In this document: positions 10,463-21,593 of the stretch, piece after piece | Numbering within the stretch: position 1 is the first letter of the stretch | Layout: the number at the start of each line of letters is the position of its first letter | Assembly: GCA_964508655.1 (NCBI GenBank) | Contig: CAZDUO010000005.1 | Location: 34,650-98,649, forward strand | Direction of reading: 5' to 3' | DNA length: 64,000 bases | From: an uncultured Chitinophaga sp. | Lineage (GTDB): Bacteria > Bacteroidota > Bacteroidia > Chitinophagales > Chitinophagaceae | The notes under the pieces: generated by a model | Database searches by the model: none | Told to the model about the DNA's origin: nothing | The model's input: only the letters and a program-made list of their open reading frames with translations | Position numbers and translations under genes: made by a program

Positions 10463-12445
10463 TTATAATTTATTTCTGATCTGGGTTAATGCTTCGTCTA
10501 CTTCTTCGACAGGTTTTTTACAAATTTTATTTTTACATACGTAGATCATTGTTCTATTTTCAACCAGCTTGTTCTCCAATAAAGGAAGATTTTCCTTATT
10601 TGTGCCGCCAATCATAATGCAATCAGGTAAATATTTTCTTTGAATGCTTTTGTTTTTTGCAACTGCATCTTTACCCATTACTACTACTTCGTAAGTGCCA
10701 TAAGAAAAAAGCCCGGCAAGGCTGCACCAGGCTGCATGAAAAGCAGGAAACATCTTCCATTTTTCAGATACAACAAGCAACATTGTCCTGGACAAATCAA
10801 TATAATCGCTTTTATCATAAATGATACCCAATGTATAAAGAACCCAAGCCATTATTGTGTTGGAGGACGGTATAACATCATCAGCCGTTTCTATTTTCTT
10901 TACTATAAGCTTCGTTTCATTTGCAGGAGTGTAATAAAACAGATCGGTATTTTTATCATAAAAATTCTTGAAAGCGTATTCAGTAATTTGCTTTGCCAGC
11001 CCGAGCCAGTGTTTATCGAAACTCACCTGGTAGAGTTTAATAAATGCATAAGCGGTCCAGGCATAGTCATCGAGAAAGCCATCGACAGTGATTTTTTTAT
11101 CTTTAAAAACTCTTTTCAGGCTTCCGTTACTGTTAAGCATATTTTTTTCAAGATACTCTGCAATAGTAAGTGCTTTTGTTAAGTAATCCTGTTCACCCAA
11201 AGCAGAATAGGCATCTGTATAGCCTTTCAGCATTATTGCATTCCATGCGGTTAAAAGCTTTTTATCAGTTGTTGGTTTAATTCGTCTGTTTCTTTCAGTT
11301 AACAGCTTGTCTTTTGCTTTATTTAATATGGAAATAAATTCATCGGCTAACCGACTCTTTGAAATTGCAAACTCTTCTGGTGTACAAGTCGCTGTTAAAA
11401 TATTATTTCCCTTCTTCCAATTTCCTGCAGACGTTACATTGAAATACTCTGCCAGTAAAATATCATCGCCGGCTATTCTTTTAAAATCATTTTCTGTCCA
11501 AGTATAAAATTCCCCTTCTGCATTTTCTGTGTCAGCATTCACAGAGCTGTAATAACTACCATAAGGCGAAGCCAATTCTTTTTCAATAAAAGAAATTGTT
11601 TCTGTGATGACCTTTTTATAAAGACCATTTTGCGTGACCTGAAAAGCATGGGCATATAAACTTATGAGTTGGGCATTATCATAAAGCATTTTTTCAAAAT
11701 GAGGAATGTGCCATTCACCGTCAGTTGAATACCGGGCAAATCCGCCTCCAAGCTGATCATATATCCCACCCAAAGCCATTTTTGTAAGTGTGGTTGAAGC
11801 TGCATCGATTGCCTGGGTATTTCCTGTGTGATAATGATACTGTAACAAAAACTCAGTAACAACTGGCATTGGAAATTTTGGAGCTCCTTTTAATCCGCCA
11901 TTAACTGTATCCAATTTCAAATAAATACTGTCAAACATTTTTTGATAATCCTGATTACTCACCGATAGAGGCATGCCATCAGTTTTGTTAAATGAAAGTG
12001 TTTCATCAGCAATTCCCCGGGTAAGTGCATCAGCCTGTTTTATTACGAGATCATGTTTCTCTTTGTAGGCCTTTGAAATATCAATAAGTAAATTCTTCCA
12101 GCTATTCTTACTATAGTAAGTGCCTGCAAAAAATGGTTTTCCATCAGGTAAAGCAAATGCATTTAATGGCCAGCCACCGCTGCCGGAGATCAACCGGCAT
12201 GCAGACATATATATATTATCAATGTCAGGTCTTTCTTCCCTGTCCACTTTTATACAAATAAAATTTTCATTCATTAATCTTGCCACTGCCGTATCCATGA
12301 ATGATTCCTTTTCCATTTCATGACACCAATGACAGGAAGCATATCCAATACTAATAAGGAGCGGCTTGTTTACTTTAATTGCGTTGGCAATTGCTTCATC
12401 ACCCCATTCGTACCAATCTACAGGATTATCGGCATGTTGCTGCAA
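10463..12445 (-). CDS. thioredoxin-domain protein, DUF255/YyaL-like (Trx-like N-domain plus alpha/alpha-barrel)
   Basis: 660 aa. The N-terminus [13 protein letters not shown] ... [18 protein letters not shown] is the hallmark of the family. The track start at 12445 is a TTG. The frame stays open upstream and encodes a lipoprotein signal peptide (see findings). Confidence 0.8.
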   Translation of the reverse strand: MQQHADNPVDWYEWGDEAIANAIKVNKPLLISIGYASCHWCHEMEKESFMDTAVARLMNENFICIKVDREERPDIDNIYMSACRLISGSGGWPLNAFALPDGKPFFAGTYYSKNSWKNLLIDISKAYKEKHDLVIKQADALTRGIADETLSFNKTDGMPLSVSNQDYQKMFDSIYLKLDTVNGGLKGAPKFPMPVVTEFLLQYHYHTGNTQAIDAASTTLTKMALGGIYDQLGGGFARYSTDGEWHIPHFEKMLYDNAQLISLYAHAFQVTQNGLYKKVITETISFIEKELASPYGSYYSSVNADTENAEGEFYTWTENDFKRIAGDDILLAEYFNVTSAGNWKKGNNILTATCTPEEFAISKSRLADEFISILNKAKDKLLTERNRRIKPTTDKKLLTAWNAIMLKGYTDAYSALGEQDYLTKALTIAEYLEKNMLNSNGSLKRVFKDKKITVDGFLDDYAWTAYAFIKLYQVSFDKHWLGLAKQITEYAFKNFYDKNTDLFYYTPANETKLIVKKIETADDVIPSSNTIMAWVLYTLGIIYDKSDYIDLSRTMLLVVSEKWKMFPAFHAAWCSLAGLFSYGTYEVVVMGKDAVAKNKSIQRKYLPDCIMIGGTNKENLPLLENKLVENRTMIYVCKNKICKKPVEEVDEALTQIRNKL

Positions 12446-12548
12446 GTATGGACTGGATGCTGACGCAAGCCTGTTTTTCTTAACATCATCATTATTGCAT
12501 GCAGCTAAAAGACCAATGAGTAATATGGAAATAAAATATTTTATTGTT

Positions 12549-15500
12549 TTAATTTTTAAGATTGGCAGCTATCGGGTTATTCCTTTTAATTTCAAAAGCT
12601 CTGAGCAGATCATTATTGGAACTAACAAGTACAATCATACCGGCTTTTGTTTTTATCGTCTTAATATCTTTTACATTATAAGGAACATAAAATCCACTCT
12701 CCGGTGGTTTTGTGGAAATAAAGTTTCCTTGACCATCTCCTTTCATAAATAAACCAACCGAAGCGTCTGCCGGGGTTGTTTCCACTTCTACATCGAATTT
12801 ATTTCCGGCAATCAGCATATCTTTTTTGCCATCATTATCATAGTCATTAACTAAAATTCCATTGACTGATGACAGTTGCGCCTCAACAGGTAATTTTTTG
12901 ATTGTAAACTTTCCTTTATCATTTATAAAGATTACAGAAGAAAAAAGATATGCCTGCCGGTGATAGGCACTTTCAATATCCTCTCCTAAAATTCCTTTCA
13001 GATCACTTTCTGCAAAGGATAAGAATGTAGAAAACTTCTTTGCGATCATCGGGCATTGTTGAGAGGTACATTCGCGGCCACGAATAGGAACCAGGATATC
13101 ATTAAGATGCTTTGCAAGAAAAATATCATTGGTGCCATTATTGTCAAAATCTTTTGCAAAAACCTCGAATGGCTTTTCTTTACTTGCCGAAAATTTATAG
13201 TTTTCTCCAAGATTACCGCAGATCAAATCCATGTCACCATCGCCATCTATATCATCTGCTATTATTTTATTCCACCATCCTTCTGTATTTTCCAAACCAT
13301 ATTTTGCTGTAACATCTTTCATCTTCCCGCCGCTATATTCAAACACTTTTATAGCCATCCATTCGCCTGCAATAATGAGTTCAGGTTTTTTATCTCCATT
13401 CAGATCAGATGCCACTGCAGTTTTTACCATACCGGTAAATTTTAATTCAGAGGCCAGTTCATTAGTTTTATCGGTAAAAACTCCTTTATCATTTATCAAC
13501 AAATAACTTTCCGCCGGTTTTGGATATTGATGCGGCATTACCTCTGCACCCCGGAAAATATCAAGGTCGCCATCGTTATCAAGATCAAAAGCAAGCACAC
13601 ATGAGCCACTACTCATGGTATTTGGAATGGTTTTTTTTGAAAAATTTCCTTTCCCATCATTTATATAAAGCCTGTCCTGGTAAAGTGGTGAGCCGTTTTC
13701 AAATTCACTTCCTCCACTTACAACATACAAATCAGCATCACCATCATTATCTGAATCGAAAAAAGCACACCCCATATCTTCATATTGTTTATCTGCATCA
13801 AATGCTGCGATATTTTCTTTGGTAAATTTTTCATTTTTCTGAACATATAAAACACCGGCCTGGTCTTTTGCACCGCCAACATAAAAATCTTCTTCACCAT
13901 CGCCATTTACATCGCCAGTGGCTATAAATGGGCCGCTGCGTGAAAATTCATGTGGCAATAAAACCTGGTCGGTATATTCATCGTACACATTTTCTTTATG
14001 CAAGAATGGTTGTGACAAGAGTTGATTTGTCGCATCGGCAAATGAAGAATTATAAACTATGCGACTAATGTTATTTACAACAGCATCCTTATAATTTGCT
14101 TTTACTACTTGATTCGCTGTAATACCAGTCAACTTATTTTCTTTTCCATCCGGCCAAATAATAATTATACTATCAACATCGGCGACCTTTCCCAACCCAA
14201 AATGTACTACTGCTTCATTTGAAGAAAGATAACCCCGGACAGTTTTTTGCTGAAAGCTTTGTTGCATTTTTCCATCATAGTACAGAGATATCTTTGCACC
14301 GATACCGTCAGGATTTTTTTCAGGACCTGCTAATTTTATTTTGAGATAATTATTCTTTTTGTTTGTATTATTTTCATAAAGCGATGCTTCTTCATCAAGA
14401 TTGTTAACAACAAGATCAAGATCACCGTCATTATCAAAGTCAGCAACAGCTGCACCGTTTGAAAATGTGCTGTCCTCAAATCCCCATGGCCGGGAAACAT
14501 TTTCAAATTTTAACTGCCCGTTATTCTTAAATAAATAATTTCTTACTTTAATCGGCTTATACAATTCAATAAACTCTTTGAATCCTTTTGAAAAATATTC
14601 CTCAGTATTCGCATAACCGCTTACCTCCATATGTTGTCTCAGTTTCTGATCAATATCGCCATCAAACACATCGCGGCGGTAGCCATTGGCAACAAAAATG
14701 TCCCGGTTTCCATCATTATTAAAATCACAGACAAGAGTGCTCCAGCTCCATTCAGTTTTTGAGACCTCTGCTAAATGAGATATATCGCTAAAAAAACCAT
14801 TGCCCTGATTTAAATGCAGCGCATTGTGCATGTATTGTTTTTGAAAACCGCTGTCAACGATTGCCCAAAATCCCTGCACATCCATTCGTGGCATTGACAC
14901 TTTGGAACGCTTATAATTCTCAGGCAACATTTCAGTTACCATTATATCTTCAAAGCCATCATTATTTATATCCGCAATATCTGCCCCCATTGAAAAAAGT
15001 GATATATGATTGGTTGCTTTTTTTATTTCATCACGAAAGGTTCCGTCTTTCTGATTAATGTACATATAATCGTTGTCTGCATAATCATTCGATACATAAA
15101 TATCATTATACCCATCATTATTCAGATCAGCAGTTACAACTGCCAGGGCATATCCATAGTTGTTGGTGATGCCTGCCTGCTTACCAATTTCTTTAAACTT
15201 GTTATCATCATTCCGGTATAATTTATCTCTGGCAAAATCGGGTGGATTTCTTTTACCTGCTACCATCTTTGACAAACCAAGAAAAAATGAATCAGGGCGA
15301 TTGGTGATATAAACATCGAGATCGTTGTCATTATCCATATCAAAGAAAGCAGCATGAAGTGAAAACCCTTTTTCATCAAGTCCATATTCTTTTGCCTGCT
15401 CTTTAAAGGTGAGATCATGTTGATTAATGTAAAGAAGATTTATTCTTTCTGCTTCTGTTTCACCAAATCCCCCTTTACAAACATAAATGTCCTGCCATCC

Positions 15501-15911
15501 GTCATTATTAATATCAACAATAGTGACTCCGTTATCCCAACCTTTGCCGCCATCAACAGCAGCAGTAGCAGTCACATCTTTAAATTTAAATCCACCCTGG
15601 TTGATATATAATTTATTAGGTACATCATTCCCGGTAAAATAGACATCCTGCAGGCCATCATTATTAAAATCACCGATTCCTACACCGCCGCCATTGTACA
15701 CATAAGCGAATTTGTCGAAGAAATTTTTTTCAAAATTCTCATCAACAAGATTGTTAAATGTAATTCCACTTTGTGCTGAAGTTATTTTTTTAAATACAGG
15801 ATCAATTACAAATATTGAATTTGAATTTTTATCATTACAAGCAATTAATACAAAAATAAACGGTGCGATCAGCCATAAGAAATAAGAATATGCTTTTGTT
15901 TTTTGAAACAT
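12549..15911 (-). CDS. VCBS/FG-GAP repeat protein with central ASPIC/UnbV domain (CRTAC1-like), lipoprotein
   Basis: There are many D.NNDG..D(I/V)(Y/F)V calcium-binding FG-GAP/VCBS repeats, e.g. [48 protein letters not shown]. The central segment [38 protein letters not shown] is ASPIC/UnbV-like. I place the start at ATG 15911 ([29 protein letters not shown], lipobox), not at the TTG at 15962. Confidence 0.82.
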   Translation of the reverse strand: MFQKTKAYSYFLWLIAPFIFVLIACNDKNSNSIFVIDPVFKKITSAQSGITFNNLVDENFEKNFFDKFAYVYNGGGVGIGDFNNDGLQDVYFTGNDVPNKLYINQGGFKFKDVTATAAVDGGKGWDNGVTIVDINNDGWQDIYVCKGGFGETEAERINLLYINQHDLTFKEQAKEYGLDEKGFSLHAAFFDMDNDNDLDVYITNRPDSFFLGLSKMVAGKRNPPDFARDKLYRNDDNKFKEIGKQAGITNNYGYALAVVTADLNNDGYNDIYVSNDYADNDYMYINQKDGTFRDEIKKATNHISLFSMGADIADINNDGFEDIMVTEMLPENYKRSKVSMPRMDVQGFWAIVDSGFQKQYMHNALHLNQGNGFFSDISHLAEVSKTEWSWSTLVCDFNNDGNRDIFVANGYRRDVFDGDIDQKLRQHMEVSGYANTEEYFSKGFKEFIELYKPIKVRNYLFKNNGQLKFENVSRPWGFEDSTFSNGAAVADFDNDGDLDLVVNNLDEEASLYENNTNKKNNYLKIKLAGPEKNPDGIGAKISLYYDGKMQQSFQQKTVRGYLSSNEAVVHFGLGKVADVDSIIIIWPDGKENKLTGITANQVVKANYKDAVVNNISRIVYNSSFADATNQLLSQPFLHKENVYDEYTDQVLLPHEFSRSGPFIATGDVNGDGEEDFYVGGAKDQAGVLYVQKNEKFTKENIAAFDADKQYEDMGCAFFDSDNDGDADLYVVSGGSEFENGSPLYQDRLYINDGKGNFSKKTIPNTMSSGSCVLAFDLDNDGDLDIFRGAEVMPHQYPKPAESYLLINDKGVFTDKTNELASELKFTGMVKTAVASDLNGDKKPELIIAGEWMAIKVFEYSGGKMKDVTAKYGLENTEGWWNKIIADDIDGDGDMDLICGNLGENYKFSASKEKPFEVFAKDFDNNGTNDIFLAKHLNDILVPIRGRECTSQQCPMIAKKFSTFLSFAESDLKGILGEDIESAYHRQAYLFSSVIFINDKGKFTIKKLPVEAQLSSVNGILVNDYDNDGKKDMLIAGNKFDVEVETTPADASVGLFMKGDGQGNFISTKPPESGFYVPYNVKDIKTIKTKAGMIVLVSSNNDLLRAFEIKRNNPIAANLKN

Positions 15912-15986
15912 GAATTCGCTTTTAAAATTTAGCAAGGCTGTTGTCGCCTTGAAAATAGCCAAGATATTTTTTCCAAACCACAGCCG

Positions 15987-16280
15987 CTATGTTCTTTTCT
16001 CATTTGGAACTCTTTCTACATTTTGTAAATAAACTGATGATGCAGTTGAATCAAATCTCGACCATGCATCATATACCGATGTCCATACCAATGCTAACAT
16101 TCTTGATGTAACTGTTGGCCTGGGTCTGTACAGATCGGTATTATTAGCAGTCGCTTCTAATGATATCTTCCCCCACTCATAAACAATATTCTTATCTCCC
16201 ATTGGTTGTATTGATTCGTTTTCAGCAATACAACTAGAAATGAGTATAGTGATGAATGTGTGTTGGACAAATAATTTCAT
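15987..16280 (-). pseudogene. 97-codon remnant: N-terminal fragment of a PAP2/vanadium-haloperoxidase-like protein
   Basis: It has a signal peptide/lipobox (MKLFVQHTFITILISSC). This is followed by EWGKISLEATANN...RPRPTVTSRMLALVWTSVYDAWSRFD. That pattern (W...L.A....RP.PTV.SR.LA.V.T..YDAW..YD) begins the ~450-aa haloperoxidase-like genes usually found between susD and VCBS/ASPIC genes. The ORF stops after 97 codons, only 24 nt from the VCBS gene region. Confidence 0.5.
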
Positions 16281-16305
16281 AGACAGAAAAACTAAAAATT
16301 TAAAA

Positions 16306-16333
16306 ACCGGGAAAAAGTGAACTTATCCCCGGT
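16306..16333 (-). terminator. intrinsic terminator downstream of susD
   Basis: Minus-strand RNA reads ACCGGGGA-(12-nt loop)-UUCCCGGU: an 8-bp stem including one G-U pair. UUUUUAAAUUUUU follows immediately. Confidence 0.55.
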
Positions 16334-16360
16334 GTAATGAAAAGAAAACTGCGACAAATT

Positions 16361-18178
16361 TTAATAGCCGGGATTCTGTGGATATTTAGGCCCGGTTGTT
16401 ACAAGATTGATCTGGCTTTGTGGAATCGGCCTCAGGTAGTCTCTTGCTGGATTAAAATTTGTAATCGGATTATATGTTGCCAATCTTGATTGTAATGTTT
16501 TTGTACGAACAAGATCATACCATCTCATCCACTCGCCAAACAATTCTCTTGTACGTTCATCAAGAATGAAATCAATTGTTATTTGTCCAGGAGTTACCTG
16601 GTTTGCCAATGCTGCTGCGGCGTTTTGTGCTGGTGTATTTGTTGCTCTGTAAGCTGCACGGGTACGTAGCACATTGATCATGTTCGCAGCATTTGTTGTA
16701 TTACCTGCTTTGAAGGCAGCTTCAGCTGCGATGAGATATGTTTCTGCAAAACGCATCAAAATAAATGGCCTGTCAGATGCATCATTTGTATGCAGTCTTG
16801 TTACATCATCATGCTTTTTCATCGGTGGGAAAAAATTCACATCATACTGGCTGGGCAATACCTGAACTGCCCTGGAAGCTCTTCTGATATCTTCAGTTAT
16901 TGCATTTGTGCCAAAAAGCTTAATAGCAGTATCAACATTTTTCACCCAGGTGTATGTAGTTAAAGGGCTATTCATCGGATCAGCAGGATTAGAAGCTCTT
17001 GTTACGGTAATAGTAACAGGTGCGCCACTTGTAAGTGGCCCGGGACGGTTAAAAATCCAGAAAGTTTGAAAAGTTTTTTCATAACGTGAGTCATTTACCC
17101 TTTCCGCAAATGCAGTACTTAATGTATAAGTTGAAGGACGAACTCGTCCAAAGGGACGGCCATTCTGAATGTCTCTGTCAACTGGATTAGCATTTACCGT
17201 AGGTGCGCCGGTGATGCCCGCGTTAATATTGGTATTGAATATTGGATAATTCGGTCTTTGATAAAAGGCTGAGCCATTAAATTTCCCACCGGGATTTCCA
17301 GTACCAAATCCGGAAGTCTCTGCGCCTTTAGGATCCATATTTCTATCCACAACCCATAAAATCTCTCTTCCATATTCATTTCCTTCTTTGAACACATCAG
17401 CAAAATCTGCCCAAAGATCTAATGTACCGCTGCCATTTCCATAAAGTGCTTTGTTAGTGATCAGGTCAAGCGCCTGGTTGTAGGCATCGGTAAAATCTGT
17501 TGCCTTAGCTGCAGCAGACCATCCTCTTGTGAGGTAAACTTTTGCAAGCAAATGTTTGGCTACACCTTTCGCTGCACGACCAGGAGTTGGATTTGCTTTA
17601 AATGGCAAATCGGTAATAGCTTCTGTAAGATCTTTAACTATCTGATCATACACAGTGGCGATGGGGTCTCGTTTTGCTTCTGTGGTCGGGCTACTCGCAA
17701 AAGTCGTACTGAGTGTAACGTCGCCAAAAGTTTGCACAAGCATAAAATAAAAATATGCTCGAAGAAATTTTGCCTCACCAGTTATTCTTGTTTGTTCTGC
17801 TGCTGGTAAACCAACAGTTGCCACATTTTCCAATACTCCGTTGCAGCTGTTAATCGAACGATATGACCAATCCCAAATAGATTGAATTGCGCCATCATTA
17901 GTCTGCAATGTATAAGTGTGGAAGTTTCCGCTTGTTCCAAATCCCGAAAGATGTTCATCAGTACCAATCATGGTATTGTAACACATCCCTTCCTGGCAAT
18001 ACCAGTTACGGATATTGGAATAAGCTCCTATGATTGCAGCATCGATACCGCCGGGAGTTTTAAAATAATCCGGAAGTATGTTTGATCTGTTTTGCTCATC
18101 AAGGACTTTACTACAGCCTGATGAAAACAGCAATGAACAGATCATTAAGAATCCTGCTATTTTATTTAAAATTTTCAT
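16361..18178 (-). CDS. susD: RagB/SusD family nutrient-binding outer-membrane lipoprotein
   Basis: 605 aa with a lipobox (LLFSSGCSK). SusD-type TPR-like core: RAYFYFMLVQTFGDV, AKVYLTRGW, and the C-terminal DERTRELFGEWMRWYDLVRT ... RPIPQSQI. It lies directly downstream of susC. Confidence 0.9.
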   Translation of the reverse strand: MKILNKIAGFLMICSLLFSSGCSKVLDEQNRSNILPDYFKTPGGIDAAIIGAYSNIRNWYCQEGMCYNTMIGTDEHLSGFGTSGNFHTYTLQTNDGAIQSIWDWSYRSINSCNGVLENVATVGLPAAEQTRITGEAKFLRAYFYFMLVQTFGDVTLSTTFASSPTTEAKRDPIATVYDQIVKDLTEAITDLPFKANPTPGRAAKGVAKHLLAKVYLTRGWSAAAKATDFTDAYNQALDLITNKALYGNGSGTLDLWADFADVFKEGNEYGREILWVVDRNMDPKGAETSGFGTGNPGGKFNGSAFYQRPNYPIFNTNINAGITGAPTVNANPVDRDIQNGRPFGRVRPSTYTLSTAFAERVNDSRYEKTFQTFWIFNRPGPLTSGAPVTITVTRASNPADPMNSPLTTYTWVKNVDTAIKLFGTNAITEDIRRASRAVQVLPSQYDVNFFPPMKKHDDVTRLHTNDASDRPFILMRFAETYLIAAEAAFKAGNTTNAANMINVLRTRAAYRATNTPAQNAAAALANQVTPGQITIDFILDERTRELFGEWMRWYDLVRTKTLQSRLATYNPITNFNPARDYLRPIPQSQINLVTTGPKYPQNPGY

Positions 18179-18198
18179 ATTACTATTTTTTACAAGTA

Positions 18199-21100
18199 TT
18201 ATAATTTCAAATTGATTCCAAAAATAAATTCCTGCGTTGGAGGTGTATTTATGCTCATAGTGATTGTTCTCGCAGGAGCTGAGGTGCCACCACCCTGTGG
18301 TCCTAATGCACCTCCTGTACCTGTTCCCTCCGGATCAATTGCATATCCATCTCTAACCATTGAAGAATAAATAATAAACGGATTGGTGACGGTAACAAAT
18401 ATCCTTGCCGAACTGATGCTGGCTCTGGATAAAAGTTTCGTTGGTAATGTATAGCCAAAATTGATGCTCCTTACTCTGATGAAACTGGCATCATAATAAC
18501 CCAATGTTGAAGAATAATTGTCATTAAGGATCTGCCCTTCAGGATGTGGAAAATTATTTGTAGGATTTGTTGGTGTCCAGTAATCCACTTTCCATTGATT
18601 CACCCTTGCTTGCATAAAGAATGCATAACCGCCGGCACCGCCATTGTTTGATTGCAAGTAAGTGGCAATTGCTGTACCTCCCCATCTTGCAAATGCTACA
18701 ACGGACAGATCAAAATTTTTATAAGTAAACCGGTTAGTCATGCCGGCGATCCATTTTGGTTGTGCACTACCAATTATCTGCAAGTCGGCTGCCGTAATCC
18801 TGTTATCCTTATTAAGGTCTTCCACACGAATGCGGCCGACTGCTTGGGGAGCTCCAAATAGCGTTATTTCGGCAGCATCTTTTGTTTGCCATATTCCAAT
18901 CTTTTTGTAATCATAAATAACATTGAGGGGTTGGCCAACAAACCATCCATTTCCTACATCCTGTAACTTTCCGGGTTCTTCAAGTGCAGTAATTTTTTCT
19001 CTGTTAAGGCTCCAATTAATATCGGTTGTCCATCTAAAACCCGATCTTGTATCAATATTAACCGAGCTTAATACAATTTCAACTCCCTTTGTTTCCGTAC
19101 TGGCTGCATTTGTAAAAATAGCGTCAGCGCCATTACTTAACGGTAATGATTTTCTTACTAAAATATCTTTTGTATCTGCATTGTAAACATCTATTGAACC
19201 GGTAATACGATTTCTGAATAATCCAAAGTCCAAACCAAAATTGATAGCGGTAGTTTCTTCCCATTTTAATTTTGGATTTGGAAGTACACTAACATAATAC
19301 CCGGTTGTGGTTGTATTTCCGAAATTATAATTATTAGTTGCTAAGTTTCCTAAAGTAGAATATGGAGCAAGCCCCTGCTGCGCAGATCTGCCCCATCCTA
19401 TTCTTAACTTCAGATTTGAAAGCCAGGTAACACGTTGAAGAAATGATTCATCATTTACATTCCAACTTCCTGCCACGGCAGGGTAATTAGTATATTTATT
19501 TCCCGGAGATAGTATTGAAGAGCCATCTCTGCGGAATGTGGCTGTGAGGTTATACTTATTATTAAATGTATAATTTCCCCTTGCCATATATGATATTAGC
19601 CCTGATCTTGAATAGCTGCCAGAACCGGTAATGACACTGGCAAATTGTGCAGGATTGGTATTTTGTACATAGTCTGCAGGAATACCAGTACCACTGAAAT
19701 TTGAATTTCTTGATTCTTGCTCCTGCACCTCGTAAACAGCAGTCGCATTAATTCTGTGTTTCTGCGCTATAGTTTTATCATAAGTCAATTGGTGAAAAAT
19801 ATTATAGTTCCATGCTTCTCCATCGCTGGTGGAAGCAGTGTTGGAAAGAAAGGGAGTACTGGAACTTCCGGTAAGAACAGTATTGGCGCCACGGTAAGTA
19901 CCATAATTATCCTGGCGAATATCCAACTGTACATTCAGCCTGTATTTTAAACCCTCAATAATTTGCAACTCTCCATACAACGTATTATACGTTCTTATTC
20001 TTCGCCTCCTGTCATAAACTGCATCTTTATTAGTAAGTGTTAATGGATTTAATCTGAAACCAACATCCTGGTGACCAACCAATGGCTGCACATTTACTGA
20101 ACCGTCGGCGTTATAAGGTGATAAAAGAGGACTTAAAGCAAGTGTGTTGTACATAGGATTCACGCCATCTCCTTCTGTATAACTCAACGTATTCATCGTG
20201 TTTAAACCAACTTTTATTCTTTTACCAATTTTTTGATCCAGGGTGGCCCTTAATGAAAAACGTTCAAAGCCAACCAAAGGAATAACACCCTCCTGGTTGA
20301 GATAACTAAGACCCATTCCATATTGTGTAAGATCCGTTCCGCCAGAAAGACTCAGGTCGTGAGATTGAACAAATCCTTTTTTATAGAGCAGGGTTTGCCA
20401 ATCTGTACTTGTCCCTGCAGCCTTTCCATCTAATTCAGCTTGAGTAAATACTGTTGGCCCTCCTCCTGAACCTCCATATCTTGATTCAGCTTTGAAAGCA
20501 TAATATTCCTCGCCATTGAATACAGGAAATTTATCAATGATCTGGCTCCATCCCAAACTTGTATTATAACTAATAACCGGCTTCCCGGTTTTTCCTCTTT
20601 TAGTAGTTATGATAATAACTCCATTAGAACCTCTTGAACCATAAATAGCCGTTGCCGATGCATCCTTTAAAATATCTATGTTCGCAATATCGTCCACATT
20701 AAGGTCATTAATACTTCCGAAGTATGGAAATCCATCTACCACAAGCAATGGATCATTTCCAGCAGTCAGGCTACGATTGCCACGAATCCGAATCTGGCCG
20801 CTTGAACCAGGTCTTACGCCGGTTCTTGAAATATCTACACCTGCTGCACGACCTTGCAATGCCATAGTTAAATTTATAGCAGGCACTTCATCCAAAACTT
20901 TTTCTCCTACTGAAACAACTGAACCTGTAATATCTTTCTTCCTTTGCGTTCCATACCCGGTTACAATAATTTCTCCCAGCGTTTTTTCATTAGAAACTAA
21001 TGTAACATTAACTGTCGCCTGATTATTCACTTTCACTTCCTGAGTAATGAAATCAACCGCGGAGATAACCAGTGTTGCATTCGAACTGGCAGTTAACTGG

Positions 21101-21327
21101 AATTCACCGGCGTCGTTTGTGGCGGTACCATTCCCTGTTCCTTTTACAGTTACCGAGGCACCAGCCAGAGGCTGCCCATCATCTCTTAAAACTTTTCCAC
21201 GAATCGTAATATTCTGTGCAAAAGTGTTGGCTGAGAGTAACAACATTGAAAGCAGCGACAAAGTTGCTACCATCAAAAACCGCTTGCTCAGCAGCAGAGG
21301 GTTTTTCAAAATGGCATTTTTTTTCAT
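18199..21327 (-). CDS. susC: SusC/RagA family TonB-linked outer-membrane transporter
   Basis: 1042 aa. It has a signal peptide and a carboxypeptidase-regulatory-like domain (ITIRGKVLRDDGQPLAGASVTVKGT..GTATNDAGEFQL). The plug region reads VVTGYGTQRKKDITGSV ... ALQGRAAGV ... IRIRG ... PLLVVDG ... DIANIDILKDASATAIYGSRGSNGVIIITTKRG. It has a long beta-barrel and ends in an aromatic-rich terminal strand. Confidence 0.93.
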   Translation of the reverse strand: MKKNAILKNPLLLSKRFLMVATLSLLSMLLLSANTFAQNITIRGKVLRDDGQPLAGASVTVKGTGNGTATNDAGEFQLTASSNATLVISAVDFITQEVKVNNQATVNVTLVSNEKTLGEIIVTGYGTQRKKDITGSVVSVGEKVLDEVPAINLTMALQGRAAGVDISRTGVRPGSSGQIRIRGNRSLTAGNDPLLVVDGFPYFGSINDLNVDDIANIDILKDASATAIYGSRGSNGVIIITTKRGKTGKPVISYNTSLGWSQIIDKFPVFNGEEYYAFKAESRYGGSGGGPTVFTQAELDGKAAGTSTDWQTLLYKKGFVQSHDLSLSGGTDLTQYGMGLSYLNQEGVIPLVGFERFSLRATLDQKIGKRIKVGLNTMNTLSYTEGDGVNPMYNTLALSPLLSPYNADGSVNVQPLVGHQDVGFRLNPLTLTNKDAVYDRRRRIRTYNTLYGELQIIEGLKYRLNVQLDIRQDNYGTYRGANTVLTGSSSTPFLSNTASTSDGEAWNYNIFHQLTYDKTIAQKHRINATAVYEVQEQESRNSNFSGTGIPADYVQNTNPAQFASVITGSGSYSRSGLISYMARGNYTFNNKYNLTATFRRDGSSILSPGNKYTNYPAVAGSWNVNDESFLQRVTWLSNLKLRIGWGRSAQQGLAPYSTLGNLATNNYNFGNTTTTGYYVSVLPNPKLKWEETTAINFGLDFGLFRNRITGSIDVYNADTKDILVRKSLPLSNGADAIFTNAASTETKGVEIVLSSVNIDTRSGFRWTTDINWSLNREKITALEEPGKLQDVGNGWFVGQPLNVIYDYKKIGIWQTKDAAEITLFGAPQAVGRIRVEDLNKDNRITAADLQIIGSAQPKWIAGMTNRFTYKNFDLSVVAFARWGGTAIATYLQSNNGGAGGYAFFMQARVNQWKVDYWTPTNPTNNFPHPEGQILNDNYSSTLGYYDASFIRVRSINFGYTLPTKLLSRASISSARIFVTVTNPFIIYSSMVRDGYAIDPEGTGTGGALGPQGGGTSAPARTITMSINTPPTQEFIFGINLKL

Positions 21328-21593
21328 AACGTTTATTTTGGCAGTTGAAAACTTAAAAAACTTATTTTATTGATAAGAACAAAGTGAGCATCATTTAATT
21401 TCTCATTGGAGAAATTAAGTATTGAAAATATTTTATGTGAAGAAATAACTTGTGCAGCAAAGCACGATGAAGATTGAAAATGTAGCCCAATTTTTTTCAT
21501 ACAGCAGCCGGTCGAAGATTGATTTTTGTATTGTGAATGCAGCAAGCAGAACTGCAATTTCACATAACGAATATAGGAGATTTTTTAAAAAAT

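Noticed and set aside
10640-11182. 180-aa plus-strand ORF inside the DUF255 gene
   Set aside because: It is an antisense shadow ORF in an AT-rich gene, with no motif support.
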